Assembly: GCA_030613445.1 (NCBI GenBank)
Contig: JAUWLY010000002.1
Span: 1 to 33,487 of the forward strand
Source: Candidatus Stahliibacteriota bacterium
GTDB taxonomy: Bacteria > Hydrothermota > Tepidihabitantia > SM23-42
DNA length: 33,487 nucleotides
Direction of reading: 5' to 3'
Part shown: one piece after another, positions 24,290 to 32,714 of the stretch
Layout of the letters: every line of letters begins with the position of its first letter
How positions within the stretch are numbered: the stretch's first letter is position 1
Notes under the pieces: model-generated
What the model was told of the DNA's origin: nothing
The model's input: only the letters and a program-made list of their open reading frames with translations
Database searches by the model: none
Made by a program: the position numbers and the translations under genes

Positions 24290-25501
24290 ATGACAATGCT
24301 ATTCATTCAATCCCGGCTCATGATAATTGTGGTTCTCTGTATGGCGGTTGCAGGATGCCCGGGACGTCATACCTCGTCAGGAAATCCATCGTGGACACAA
24401 CTCTACCCGTTGAGCACCAAAGAACTTGCGGAACAGGAATATGCCATTGGTTTCGAATTTATGCTGGAAAACCGATATGACAACGCTATCCGTCATTTTG
24501 AAGAAGCAGTAAGATTAGACAGCGCACAACTTAAATCCTATTGGGCTCTGGCGACCATCTATACTGAGCTGAATGATAATGAAAAAGCACTGTCATTATA
24601 TAAGCAGTTGTGTAATTCAAATCCATCAAACCCACAGATCTATGTAGCATTAGGCGCTTATTATGCTCAAATCGAGGATTATAATGCAGCAGTAAATACT
24701 TATAAGAAGGGATTGACCATTGATTCTACAGACCTAGATTTATTGAATGGTTTAGCTTTGATGCATGCCTGCCTCCGGAATTTTGAGCAGTCATTGGTCA
24801 TATTTGGCAAAGTACTTGCACATGATTCGACCAACGTAATTGCTTTAAGAAACGCCGGGCGCATTAACTATGTTCGGCATCAGCCTGAAAAGGCACTTCA
24901 ATACTATAAACGGCTTCTTATTAATCCATTGGGAGTTTCAAGCATTGTGGTGAGTGAATATGCTGACGTTCTAATAGCTTTGCGATGCTATGAGGAAGCA
25001 TTAATGATATATGATTCCTTGCTGGTTTTCGAACCAGAAAATGTAAATCTTCTCATTATATCTGGATTGACCTTGCAAAAGCAAAAACAATATACAGAAG
25101 CTGTTAAAAGATTTGAAATTGCGAATCAATTTGAACCTGAGAATACGCAACCTTTGTTATATATAGCAGAAATTGATCTTGAACAAGGGAATTTAATAAA
25201 CGCAAAAGGTCGCCTTGATCGTGTAGTAGATATTGATCCAGACAATACAAAAGCTCATATGATGCTCGGTGATTTGTATTTTAATTGGGCAAAAGCGGCA
25301 GAAGGTGAATGGTATCAGAATCGTGTAAAGGAAAACTGTAGCACATTGTTCAAAGCGTTGGATAACCTAATGCAGGCAATTCAATATTATCAAAAAGCAC
25401 GTAACGAGGAAAATCTACGCAAATATTCTAATAATCAAATTGAGCGCTGTCAGGCAATTAAGCGCGCGCTTGAAGAAGACAAGTGGTTTTACTGTAAATA
25501 A
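24290..25501 (+). CDS. TPR-repeat lipoprotein
   Basis: I prefer the ATG at 24290 (MTMLFIQSRLMIIVVLCMAVAGC, lipobox VAGC) to the GTG at 24266. It has multiple 34-aa TPR units (e.g. YWALATIYTELNDNEKALSLYKQLCNSNPSN, IYVALGAYYAQIEDYNAAVNTYKKGLTIDSTD). Confidence 0.8.
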   Translation: MTMLFIQSRLMIIVVLCMAVAGCPGRHTSSGNPSWTQLYPLSTKELAEQEYAIGFEFMLENRYDNAIRHFEEAVRLDSAQLKSYWALATIYTELNDNEKALSLYKQLCNSNPSNPQIYVALGAYYAQIEDYNAAVNTYKKGLTIDSTDLDLLNGLALMHACLRNFEQSLVIFGKVLAHDSTNVIALRNAGRINYVRHQPEKALQYYKRLLINPLGVSSIVVSEYADVLIALRCYEEALMIYDSLLVFEPENVNLLIISGLTLQKQKQYTEAVKRFEIANQFEPENTQPLLYIAEIDLEQGNLINAKGRLDRVVDIDPDNTKAHMMLGDLYFNWAKAAEGEWYQNRVKENCSTLFKALDNLMQAIQYYQKARNEENLRKYSNNQIERCQAIKRALEEDKWFYCK

Positions 25502-25635
25502 TGTGACTTAGCAAATATCATAGAAATGAAGAAATGGATTTATTTCGGAAGTTTGCTCTATACAAACTCACTTTGCATTATTCTTCTACTACACAATTTA
25601 TGGATTTGAACTATCTAAAATTTAAAGGAGATGAA

Positions 25636-25863
25636 ATGATATGTGATTACATACATAAATTACTATATACCTTTGGTAGTAGTTATGTAGCTAAACATAA
25701 AAGTAAATATATCGCGAAACATATGAAAACTTGTGGCTTCTGCAAAAAAGAACTAAACAATATGCAAAAACTACAGAGGCTATTGGACTCGGTGGAGACC
25801 ACGTGCGCACCCTTGAATTTTAGCATCCGAGTAATTGAGATTATTTGTGGAATAAAACAATAA
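25636..25863 (+). CDS. Small zf-HC2-like (anti-sigma-factor N-terminal type) protein
   Basis: AAGGAG lies 5 nt before the ATG at 25636. The product MICDYIHKLL...KHMKTCGFCKKELNNMQKL contains H-x3-C-x2-C, the putative zinc-finger motif of anti-sigma factors. No TM segment and no sigma factor gene are nearby, so the call is weak. Confidence 0.4.
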   Translation: MICDYIHKLLYTFGSSYVAKHKSKYIAKHMKTCGFCKKELNNMQKLQRLLDSVETTCAPLNFSIRVIEIICGIKQ

Positions 25864-26041
25864 GATTTCGGATTTCTTTCTGACATATTTTAAATAGTCT
25901 AATAGCAATATATTTAACAATTCTTCCTTTATGGATCCTTGAGCATTCTATTCCTTATATAATTCTCTTATTCCCTAATTTGCTTATTCATTTGAGACGA
26001 AAGCCATTTATTAATGGAAGTCAGAATCAGGGTGTGTACTT

Positions 26042-26233
26042 ATGGATTTCAAGAACAACGAAATATGTGAGAAAAAAATACTAGAGATAGTCATGGCATG
26101 TTCGATTTTTTACAATTTTAGCCCACTTAAAACCCATTGCGAGAAAGTAACACAGGCAAGAAATTATTTATTCACTTTTTGTGAACATATGCTGGAGTAT
26201 GACCAAATGCACCCAAAAGACTATACCTGTTAA
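26042..26233 (+). CDS. Hypothetical protein
   Basis: 63-aa ORF in an AT-rich, gene-poor stretch. No SD and no recognisable motif. Confidence 0.2.
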   Translation: MDFKNNEICEKKILEIVMACSIFYNFSPLKTHCEKVTQARNYLFTFCEHMLEYDQMHPKDYTC

Positions 26234-26286
26234 GTATTCAAGTGGTCACTAAATAGGGATTCAACTTAACAACTATTAAATAAGAG

Positions 26287-26660
26287 ATGAGAAATTACCC
26301 AACATTAATGAAGAAAAGCTACAACATATTTGAAGCCGATTCAAATGGCAAAAACATATTCCACACTTGGGACATGACATATTGGTTTATCTATGAAGCT
26401 AATTTTGAAGATGCATTTTTCGATCTTGTACAACTCAATGGAGTAAATGCCAAGGTAAGTGCCTTTTTTTGAGGGATATTGCAGCTGCCCTATATGATTT
26501 AGATCACCCATGTAAGTATCCACAAAACATTGATGAAACTCAGATGATGTATGTTCAGTCAATAGATATTTGGCTAAGGAAAATTATTACGACTTTAAAA
26601 AATCATAAACCGTGTAGAAAAATCTTCAAAACACAGCAGATTCATTCGCTACTTAAGTGA
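26287..26660 (+). pseudogene. Hypothetical gene split by a frameshift in a T7 run
   Basis: ORFs 26287-26472 and 26469-26660 abut at the homopolymer TTTTTTT (26464-26470). One extra T would fuse them into a 124-aa product. No family recognised. Confidence 0.3.
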
Positions 26661-26755
26661 AAATAAGAGAAACTTGGATAAAATATTCTGTTCCAGCACA
26701 CGTGGATTTGGTTGAAATTTAATAGACACTTTTGGAATTACGTTCCATAAGTAGT

Positions 26756-26779
26756 GGGGACGGTGCATGACAATATGAC
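26756..26779. repeat. Left arm of a perfect 24-bp inverted repeat
   Basis: GGGGACGGTGCATGACAATATGAC is the exact reverse complement of 26946-26969. Confidence 0.9.
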
Positions 26780-26793
26780 TTTATTATCTTTAA

Positions 26794-26913
26794 CTATACT
26801 GTTTTGTTCATTCTGGCTCTAGCGCGGTTATCAAAAAATATCTTCTCGCCATGCATGCCTCTATTCATTACATGGTGATATAATCCATCATACTTTAGAC
26901 GCACTCTTCGCAT
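26794..26913 (-). pseudogene. N-terminal stub of an IS200-type Y1 (HUH) transposase / RAYT-like gene
   Basis: My translation is MRRVRLKYDGLYHHVMNRGMHGEKIFFDNRARARMNKTV*, with AAGGAG upstream. The motif G..YHV.NRG......IF.D is the conserved N-terminus of the Y1_Tnp family. It stops after 39 codons, whereas full-length proteins are several-fold longer. Confidence 0.55.
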
Positions 26914-27241
26914 GAAATCTCCTTGGTTCAACAATCACCGAAAATGTCATATTGTCATGCACCGTCCCCGATTGGTTAAGTATTCAGTTGGAGGCGGCGG
27001 GGTAGGGTCTGGTAAACCCGTGTACGTGTACACATCAGAAGAGGATTGGGAAGAGACTGAAACTAGCGGATCTTGGTATAATTATAGCTTTTACTCTGGT
27101 ACATATTTCGAAAAGGTTATGTGTATCTTCAATGAGGATAACCAGTGGTATCAAGGAACGACAATGATACAGCAAACGCTCTATAGAGACAAACGGTATG
27201 ACATCACGGTAAGCGAAGTACAAGATCCTGGTAAGAAGTGA
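26912..27241 (+). CDS. Hypothetical protein (N-terminal part doubtful)
   Basis: 109-aa ORF. Its first ~20 codons overlap the Y1-transposase stub and the right inverted-repeat arm, so the real start, if any, is probably later. No motif recognised. Confidence 0.25.
   Translation: MKSPWFNNHRKCHIVMHRPRLVKYSVGGGGVGSGKPVYVYTSEEDWEETETSGSWYNYSFYSGTYFEKVMCIFNEDNQWYQGTTMIQQTLYRDKRYDITVSEVQDPGKK
26946..26969. repeat. Right arm of the perfect 24-bp inverted repeat
   Basis: GTCATATTGTCATGCACCGTCCCC is the exact reverse complement of 26756-26779. The arms are separated by 166 bp. Confidence 0.9.
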
Positions 27242-27270
27242 TCCTGAATCTGTTTAGTATAGGCTAAAAT

Positions 27271-27298
27271 GGGCCGGGTAGAAAACCCTGCCCGGCCC
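27271..27298 (+). terminator. GC-rich hairpin (possible terminator or RNA-stabilising element)
   Basis: GGGCCGGG (27271-27278) pairs with CCCGGCCC (27291-27298) around a 12-nt loop. It is conspicuous in AT-rich surroundings but has no trailing T-run. Confidence 0.3.
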
Positions 27299-27305
27299 TC
27301 AGAAA

Positions 27306-29270
27306 ATGAAGCTATTAACACTAATCGTATTTCCTGTCGTTATTATAAATTGTTCTCAAAACACAATGGTGTCTTCATCTTATATTTCAGGAATGTATTA
27401 TGATGTTGAAAAAGTTGATACCTTAATATACTGCACAACCGGACGCGGACTCGAAATATTTTCCTTCAAGAAAGGACAGTTAAAACTTGTTTCCAGATAT
27501 GCGACTGATGGTGTGGCAAGAGCATGTGACATCAGCGATCAATATGCAATTATTGCCGATGATTATAAAGGCATTTGTATTCTTGATATTTCTAATCCTG
27601 AGAATCCCAAGAAAATCGGTTCTTACAACAGCGGTGGGCAAGCCAGGGATGTTTTGGTGCAGGGAGAATATCTGTATTTGGCTGATTATGACAAGGGCCT
27701 TCTTATTTTTGATATTTCTAAAGTTACGTCACCTAAGTTTATAGGGGCATATGAGGATATAGCTGGTGCCTGCTGGATCAGGATAAAAGACACACTTGCC
27801 TATGTCGGCGACCTTGGTGCCCCCTTTAAGATCATAAATATTGCCAATCCAACAAAACCACAGATAGTTAATGAATTTCCTGAAGGTTCTTTTGATTATG
27901 GTGATGACATCTGCATTGATGATACATTAGCGTATGTCAACTGTCGTATACAGACAAGTGATGCTATCTTCACCTTCGCAGTTATAAACATAAAGAATCC
28001 TGCACATCCTCGATTTGTGTCAGGGATAACCTTGCCGTCGACACGTCAAGGTTTGATAAAAAGAGGAAATTTTATATACACTAATACATTTAATGAAGGC
28101 GTTTTTATCATCGACGTCACATTGCCTTCTGCTCCGATAATTTCTGGACAGTACAAGATTAGTAATTATTCAGGTAACAGAATAGAAATTGATGATAATT
28201 TGTTAATTGTACCCCATTTCGTCGATGGATTTTCCATCGCACAGATAAATGATCCCAAGAAACCCAAGACAATTTATCATAAACAAAATATACGGTGGGA
28301 GTTTTTGACCATTGATGATAACCTCGGCTATTTGTATCTCTTGGGAAATGTAGAAGATATGGATTTGGTCAGAAGTTGTTATCTGAAAATTTTTGACATC
28401 AATGATCCCGAGAAATTAAGATTTTGTGCTGAATTAGCATTTTCAGGTCGTGGTTCATTGTCTGATGGTTCATATGATTATCCCTATCTGCTGATGACGA
28501 ACCAGCGGGGACATCCAAAATGCGATACTCTATATACAGAGATAGTGGACCTTCGTAATCCATATAAACCGCGAGTAGTGAAGTCGATTAAAGGAGGGGG
28601 TATTATTGAATTCCATTCTCCCAACATATATGCACTTGATTGCAAAAATGTAAGAAAAGGAAATATAAATGATCCGCACATTTGGACCGGTAATATAAGT
28701 TTGCCTGAGCGAGGAAATGATTTTGCAGTGAGAGATACATTTGTATATATCATTACAAAGGATTCGTTAATCACAATGAATGTTAATTCTGGCGATCAGA
28801 CAGGCAGCTGTTCCCATAATAGGTCTCTGGCCACCAATATCTCATTAGATTATCCCTATCTTGCGGCAACTTATACGCTTTGTGACAGTCGGCATACCTA
28901 TGGTTTCTTATTATTCGACGTCACTGATATCAAAAGACCCGCATTGGTTGTGGATACAGTTATATATGGTGATACTATTTCACACAACGTCCGTTCATTA
29001 ATTAGAATAATGTACTCAATGAGTTGTGAATTGAGGGATAGCTTATTATATTTTGGCAGAGGGATTTATGGCTTTGATGTATGGCAGATAGGGAAGCAGA
29101 ATACTTTAGTAAAACTCTTTACTGTAGATACGCCCTATATCGCCACTCATTGTTTTCCTCATGGTAATGGGAATCTTCGCGTGTACAAGGATCATGTGTT
29201 TCTCATCGATTATATTGTGGGTCTTGAAATATATAAGGTGGGTAACCTATTGAGTAAAAAGGGGTATTGA
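27306..29270 (+). CDS. LVIVD-repeat beta-propeller lipoprotein
   Basis: Lipobox VIINC. Reiterated units of the LVIVD type (QYAIIADDYKGICILDISNPENPKKIGSY, GEYLYLADYDKGLLIFDISKVTSPKFIGAY, FIYTNTFNEGVFIIDVTLPSAPIISGQY). Confidence 0.85.
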   Translation: MKLLTLIVFPVVIINCSQNTMVSSSYISGMYYDVEKVDTLIYCTTGRGLEIFSFKKGQLKLVSRYATDGVARACDISDQYAIIADDYKGICILDISNPENPKKIGSYNSGGQARDVLVQGEYLYLADYDKGLLIFDISKVTSPKFIGAYEDIAGACWIRIKDTLAYVGDLGAPFKIINIANPTKPQIVNEFPEGSFDYGDDICIDDTLAYVNCRIQTSDAIFTFAVINIKNPAHPRFVSGITLPSTRQGLIKRGNFIYTNTFNEGVFIIDVTLPSAPIISGQYKISNYSGNRIEIDDNLLIVPHFVDGFSIAQINDPKKPKTIYHKQNIRWEFLTIDDNLGYLYLLGNVEDMDLVRSCYLKIFDINDPEKLRFCAELAFSGRGSLSDGSYDYPYLLMTNQRGHPKCDTLYTEIVDLRNPYKPRVVKSIKGGGIIEFHSPNIYALDCKNVRKGNINDPHIWTGNISLPERGNDFAVRDTFVYIITKDSLITMNVNSGDQTGSCSHNRSLATNISLDYPYLAATYTLCDSRHTYGFLLFDVTDIKRPALVVDTVIYGDTISHNVRSLIRIMYSMSCELRDSLLYFGRGIYGFDVWQIGKQNTLVKLFTVDTPYIATHCFPHGNGNLRVYKDHVFLIDYIVGLEIYKVGNLLSKKGY

Positions 29271-29350
29271 CAAATCTTCAGTCACTAATATAATATCTTA
29301 GGTAGGAAGTCTTTCCGGATTATATAAATCATCGTAAAGAGGGAGGTACT

Positions 29351-31975
29351 ATGATGTTTATCCTCATGATTGTAGTTATAAGCAATAACGCTTACCTAAC
29401 AATACCGGCACCTGGTAATTACGGTCATTTATGGTTTCGTGAAAAAAATGAATCGTATCTCTTATTCAGGAATTCCTATGAGGTATTCAACCCGCAACGA
29501 AGTCTATTTAGCAGCGCGCCACATTCATCGCTGTTGCCCCGTGATTCTGTACAGACCATCTGGTTGCCAGTTGCTGGCGGTGGTGTGGTATACCCCTACG
29601 AATTCATCTATAATTCGGTTAATGAAAAAATGTACATTAACGGTGCGTGGAATATCGCGGTCTGTGATGGACAATCAGGCGAATTACTGTCTGTTATCCG
29701 TACCAGCAGAACGCGGCGAGAGCCTGCGTATAGCAGGACAAGCAATAAGCTGTATTATGCTGATTGTTTTGAAAAGAAGATCGATGTCATTGACGGTCAA
29801 ACCCAGCAGGTAATTACAACCATTCAACTCGCCGATACTGCTACTGCCTTGGTCTGGAATAGCTTTGCCAATGAGATGTATTGTACCCAGCATGTGCCTG
29901 GCCAGGGAGGTCGCATTGAGGTAATAGACTGTGTGGGTGATTCTTTTATCACCAGCATCACTACAGGCGGCTATCCTAAAAATCTATTCTGCAATCCACA
30001 GGTCAATAAAATCTACTGCGCAAACTGGGGGATTTTGGATATCATTGATGGCAATAACCATACTGTTATTAAACAGGCACAAATCACTCCAGCAGGTTAT
30101 TATTTTTTCACATATAACACAGTAAACAATAAACTCTATTGCTTTGATGATCAAACTGACACGCTCATAATCATTGATGGTATTGGTGATACCCTCATTA
30201 CCGAACTGCTGCTCGGTTCATGGCCAGATTGTGCAGCGTATAGCCCGGTGGAAAACCGTGTTTACTTTGGCTGTGCATTGAGTAAAAACGTCTATGTTCT
30301 GGATGGGGATACTGATGAAATAATCGATATATTGTATTTTAATGCCGCAGTCTGGGCAATGGCATACGATTCTACAGACAACAGGCTTTTTGTTGTAACC
30401 CAAGCAAATTCTGATGAGGATTTCTACGCAGATATGATCGTACTTGATGGCACAACAAACGCAATTATCGATACCCTGGAGACCGGGATTTGCCCATTGA
30501 ATTCTATGGTATGGGAAGGGAACCATAATCAGGTCTGGGTAGGTAATTATGGTTTTATTAACATTCCGGGTTATACGATTGATGGTTATTCAGCGGATAG
30601 TTTAGCACACCGATTCAAAACACCGGTAGGTTTTACTCCTTTTGCAGTAGTCCTGAATCCAGCAACTGACAAATACTATTGTGCGGGTCGCTCAGATAAC
30701 TTCATCGTGATTTTTGACATCAATAATCCTGACACCTGCGTGTTAAAGGAAACAGGAGAATGCACCTGGGATATCCTGCTAAATCCATCGGAAAATAAGA
30801 TTTACTGCGCAAATAGAACAGACAGAGATGTTGCTATCTTAGACGGTGCGACTGACTCGATAATCGCGCGCGTACCCATTGGCACTGATGTATTGGCACT
30901 TGGATTCAATCGCACCGACAATAAAATCTATGTATCGAGTGCATTTTACCCAGATGACAGTTATCTCACGGTAATCGATGGTCAAACCAATGCTGTTCTT
31001 GATACTATTTCGGTCGCTATGTACCCAATGACGATTCTATGGAATGCAATTGACAATAAGCTCTATATAGCCAGTTATATTGTGGAAAGTACCATTACGA
31101 TATTAGATGCACATGCCGATACAATACTTACCACAATTTCTCCGGGTGGTGATCCTTGGTCACTCGTCCACAATACATTAAATGATAAGATATACTGTTC
31201 TTTGGGTAAGTCTGTGAGCAGTGATATCGTGGTAATTGATGGTGTGACTGACGAGGTCATTACCACTATCAACAATGCTCCGGCATTTGCCCTTACCTAT
31301 AACCCGGTCAACAATAAGATCTACAGTGGTGGACGTCGTCGTATTAGTATAATAGATGGTTCAACAGACGCAATAATCGATACAATTGGACTGCCCGCAG
31401 GCAATACATACTTACATTCATTGCTTTATAACCCAAACACAAATACGATTTTTTGCGCGTATTCTGACTGGGATTATCATCCACCCCAGGAGGCGGTAAT
31501 GGTAATCGATGGCACCTCTGATGAGATCCTGGCGAATTTTATAATTGAGTCGCAGGTGTGGGCTTATGGCGGCGGTGAACCACCGCGATATGCATTAGTG
31601 CTTGATTCTCTCAATAACAATGTGTATTTGAATCATTATTTTTCAAGCAAGATATCAGTGCTTGATGGTACAACCGGCATTAGTGAACGTACTGTGGCTT
31701 CACCCCGTTCGATTTTCCTTCAAATTTATCCAAATCCTGCAGTGCACCGTGTCAATATCGAATTCTCGTTACCAGGTGCACAGAATGCCAAAATGGCAAT
31801 TTATGATGTCACGGGCAGAATGATTAAGTACTTTGACATTATGAATAAAAAATCTCACCGATTCATCTGGGATGGATGTGATAATTCAGGCAACAGGTTA
31901 CCTAGTGGTATCTATTTTGTAAAACTTGAATCTGAAGAGTATAAAGAAACAAAAAAAATTATACTACTAAAATAA
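29351..31975 (+). CDS. YVTN-family beta-propeller repeat protein with T9SS C-terminal sorting domain
   Basis: GGGAGG SD. More than 12 repeats of the form N-K-[IL]-Y-x-[AS]-N...[VI]-[IL]-D-G-x-T-[DN]-x-[IV]-I (NKIYCANRTDRDVAILDGATDSIIARVPIG etc.). Tail is IYPNPAVHRVNIEFSLP...MAIYDVTGRMI...GIYFVKLESEEYKETKKIILLK. Confidence 0.85.
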   Translation: MMFILMIVVISNNAYLTIPAPGNYGHLWFREKNESYLLFRNSYEVFNPQRSLFSSAPHSSLLPRDSVQTIWLPVAGGGVVYPYEFIYNSVNEKMYINGAWNIAVCDGQSGELLSVIRTSRTRREPAYSRTSNKLYYADCFEKKIDVIDGQTQQVITTIQLADTATALVWNSFANEMYCTQHVPGQGGRIEVIDCVGDSFITSITTGGYPKNLFCNPQVNKIYCANWGILDIIDGNNHTVIKQAQITPAGYYFFTYNTVNNKLYCFDDQTDTLIIIDGIGDTLITELLLGSWPDCAAYSPVENRVYFGCALSKNVYVLDGDTDEIIDILYFNAAVWAMAYDSTDNRLFVVTQANSDEDFYADMIVLDGTTNAIIDTLETGICPLNSMVWEGNHNQVWVGNYGFINIPGYTIDGYSADSLAHRFKTPVGFTPFAVVLNPATDKYYCAGRSDNFIVIFDINNPDTCVLKETGECTWDILLNPSENKIYCANRTDRDVAILDGATDSIIARVPIGTDVLALGFNRTDNKIYVSSAFYPDDSYLTVIDGQTNAVLDTISVAMYPMTILWNAIDNKLYIASYIVESTITILDAHADTILTTISPGGDPWSLVHNTLNDKIYCSLGKSVSSDIVVIDGVTDEVITTINNAPAFALTYNPVNNKIYSGGRRRISIIDGSTDAIIDTIGLPAGNTYLHSLLYNPNTNTIFCAYSDWDYHPPQEAVMVIDGTSDEILANFIIESQVWAYGGGEPPRYALVLDSLNNNVYLNHYFSSKISVLDGTTGISERTVASPRSIFLQIYPNPAVHRVNIEFSLPGAQNAKMAIYDVTGRMIKYFDIMNKKSHRFIWDGCDNSGNRLPSGIYFVKLESEEYKETKKIILLK

Positions 31976-32057
31976 TTCTAACGTATAAACGACAAATTCC
32001 CGGGAATAACGGGGGCAAATTTTTATACTTGACATTGACAATATTGATAGGATGTTC

Positions 32058-32390
32058 CTAAATTTCCTCTTTATCAATTATAGGTATTCTATTATTTCTG
32101 TCAATTAATTCCTGAACCGCTCTAATGTCAGCTCCAGCCATCACTAATTTCGAAGCAAATGTGTGGCGCAGGTCGTGAAATCTGAAATTCCCAATCCCAG
32201 CACGCTTTAATGCCCCTTTGAATGGACTTTTGATATCACTGTATGGACTGCTGTCTTCATGGGAAAATACATATTGGGGGTTCATTTGCTGACCCAATGA
32301 ACTAAGTTCATTATATAGCATAGCATTTATCGGTAGTATTCTTGTTTCATTATTCTTCGTTTGTCTAATAGTAATAATCTGATTTCTCAT
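32058..32390 (-). pseudogene. Tyrosine recombinase internal fragment (truncated at both ends)
   Basis: ...TKNNETRILPINAMLYNEL...FKGALKRAGIGNFRFHDLRHTFASKLVMAGADIRAVQELI covers the catalytic-domain core (R, HxLRH). It diverges after QEL, so the terminal H..Y tyrosine box is lost, and the N-terminal core-binding domain is absent. Confidence 0.75.
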
Positions 32391-32400
32391 ATCAATATCC

Positions 32401-32478
32401 TGTTATGTTTCAGCACATGTGGCACACATTGGTTAAAAACTAACTTACACTCATAGGATTGTGTTCAAGCAAAAAAGA
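32401..32478. repeat. Dispersed repeat family B, copy 2
   Basis: Matches 15303-15381. It abuts the 5' end (minus strand) of the integrase fragment, so it probably represents an integrase 5' leader or element-end sequence. Confidence 0.7.
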
Positions 32479-32714
32479 AACCCTTTTTTAGAATTTTATT
32501 CCTTGACACCTTATCAGGTTTATTTATACTTATTATAGTATGAGAAGATAGAGTAACTATACTATCCACTTGCTCTTAAAAGCTGTTTGGTTGGGAGAAT
32601 GGATAAACTATTATATTATTGCTGTTGGCATAACTTTACTCTCTCAGTATTTAGTCTGGCCTATGAAAAAGTATATTTTAGCTGATCTATATGATTTAAA
32701 TAATAAATGACTTA

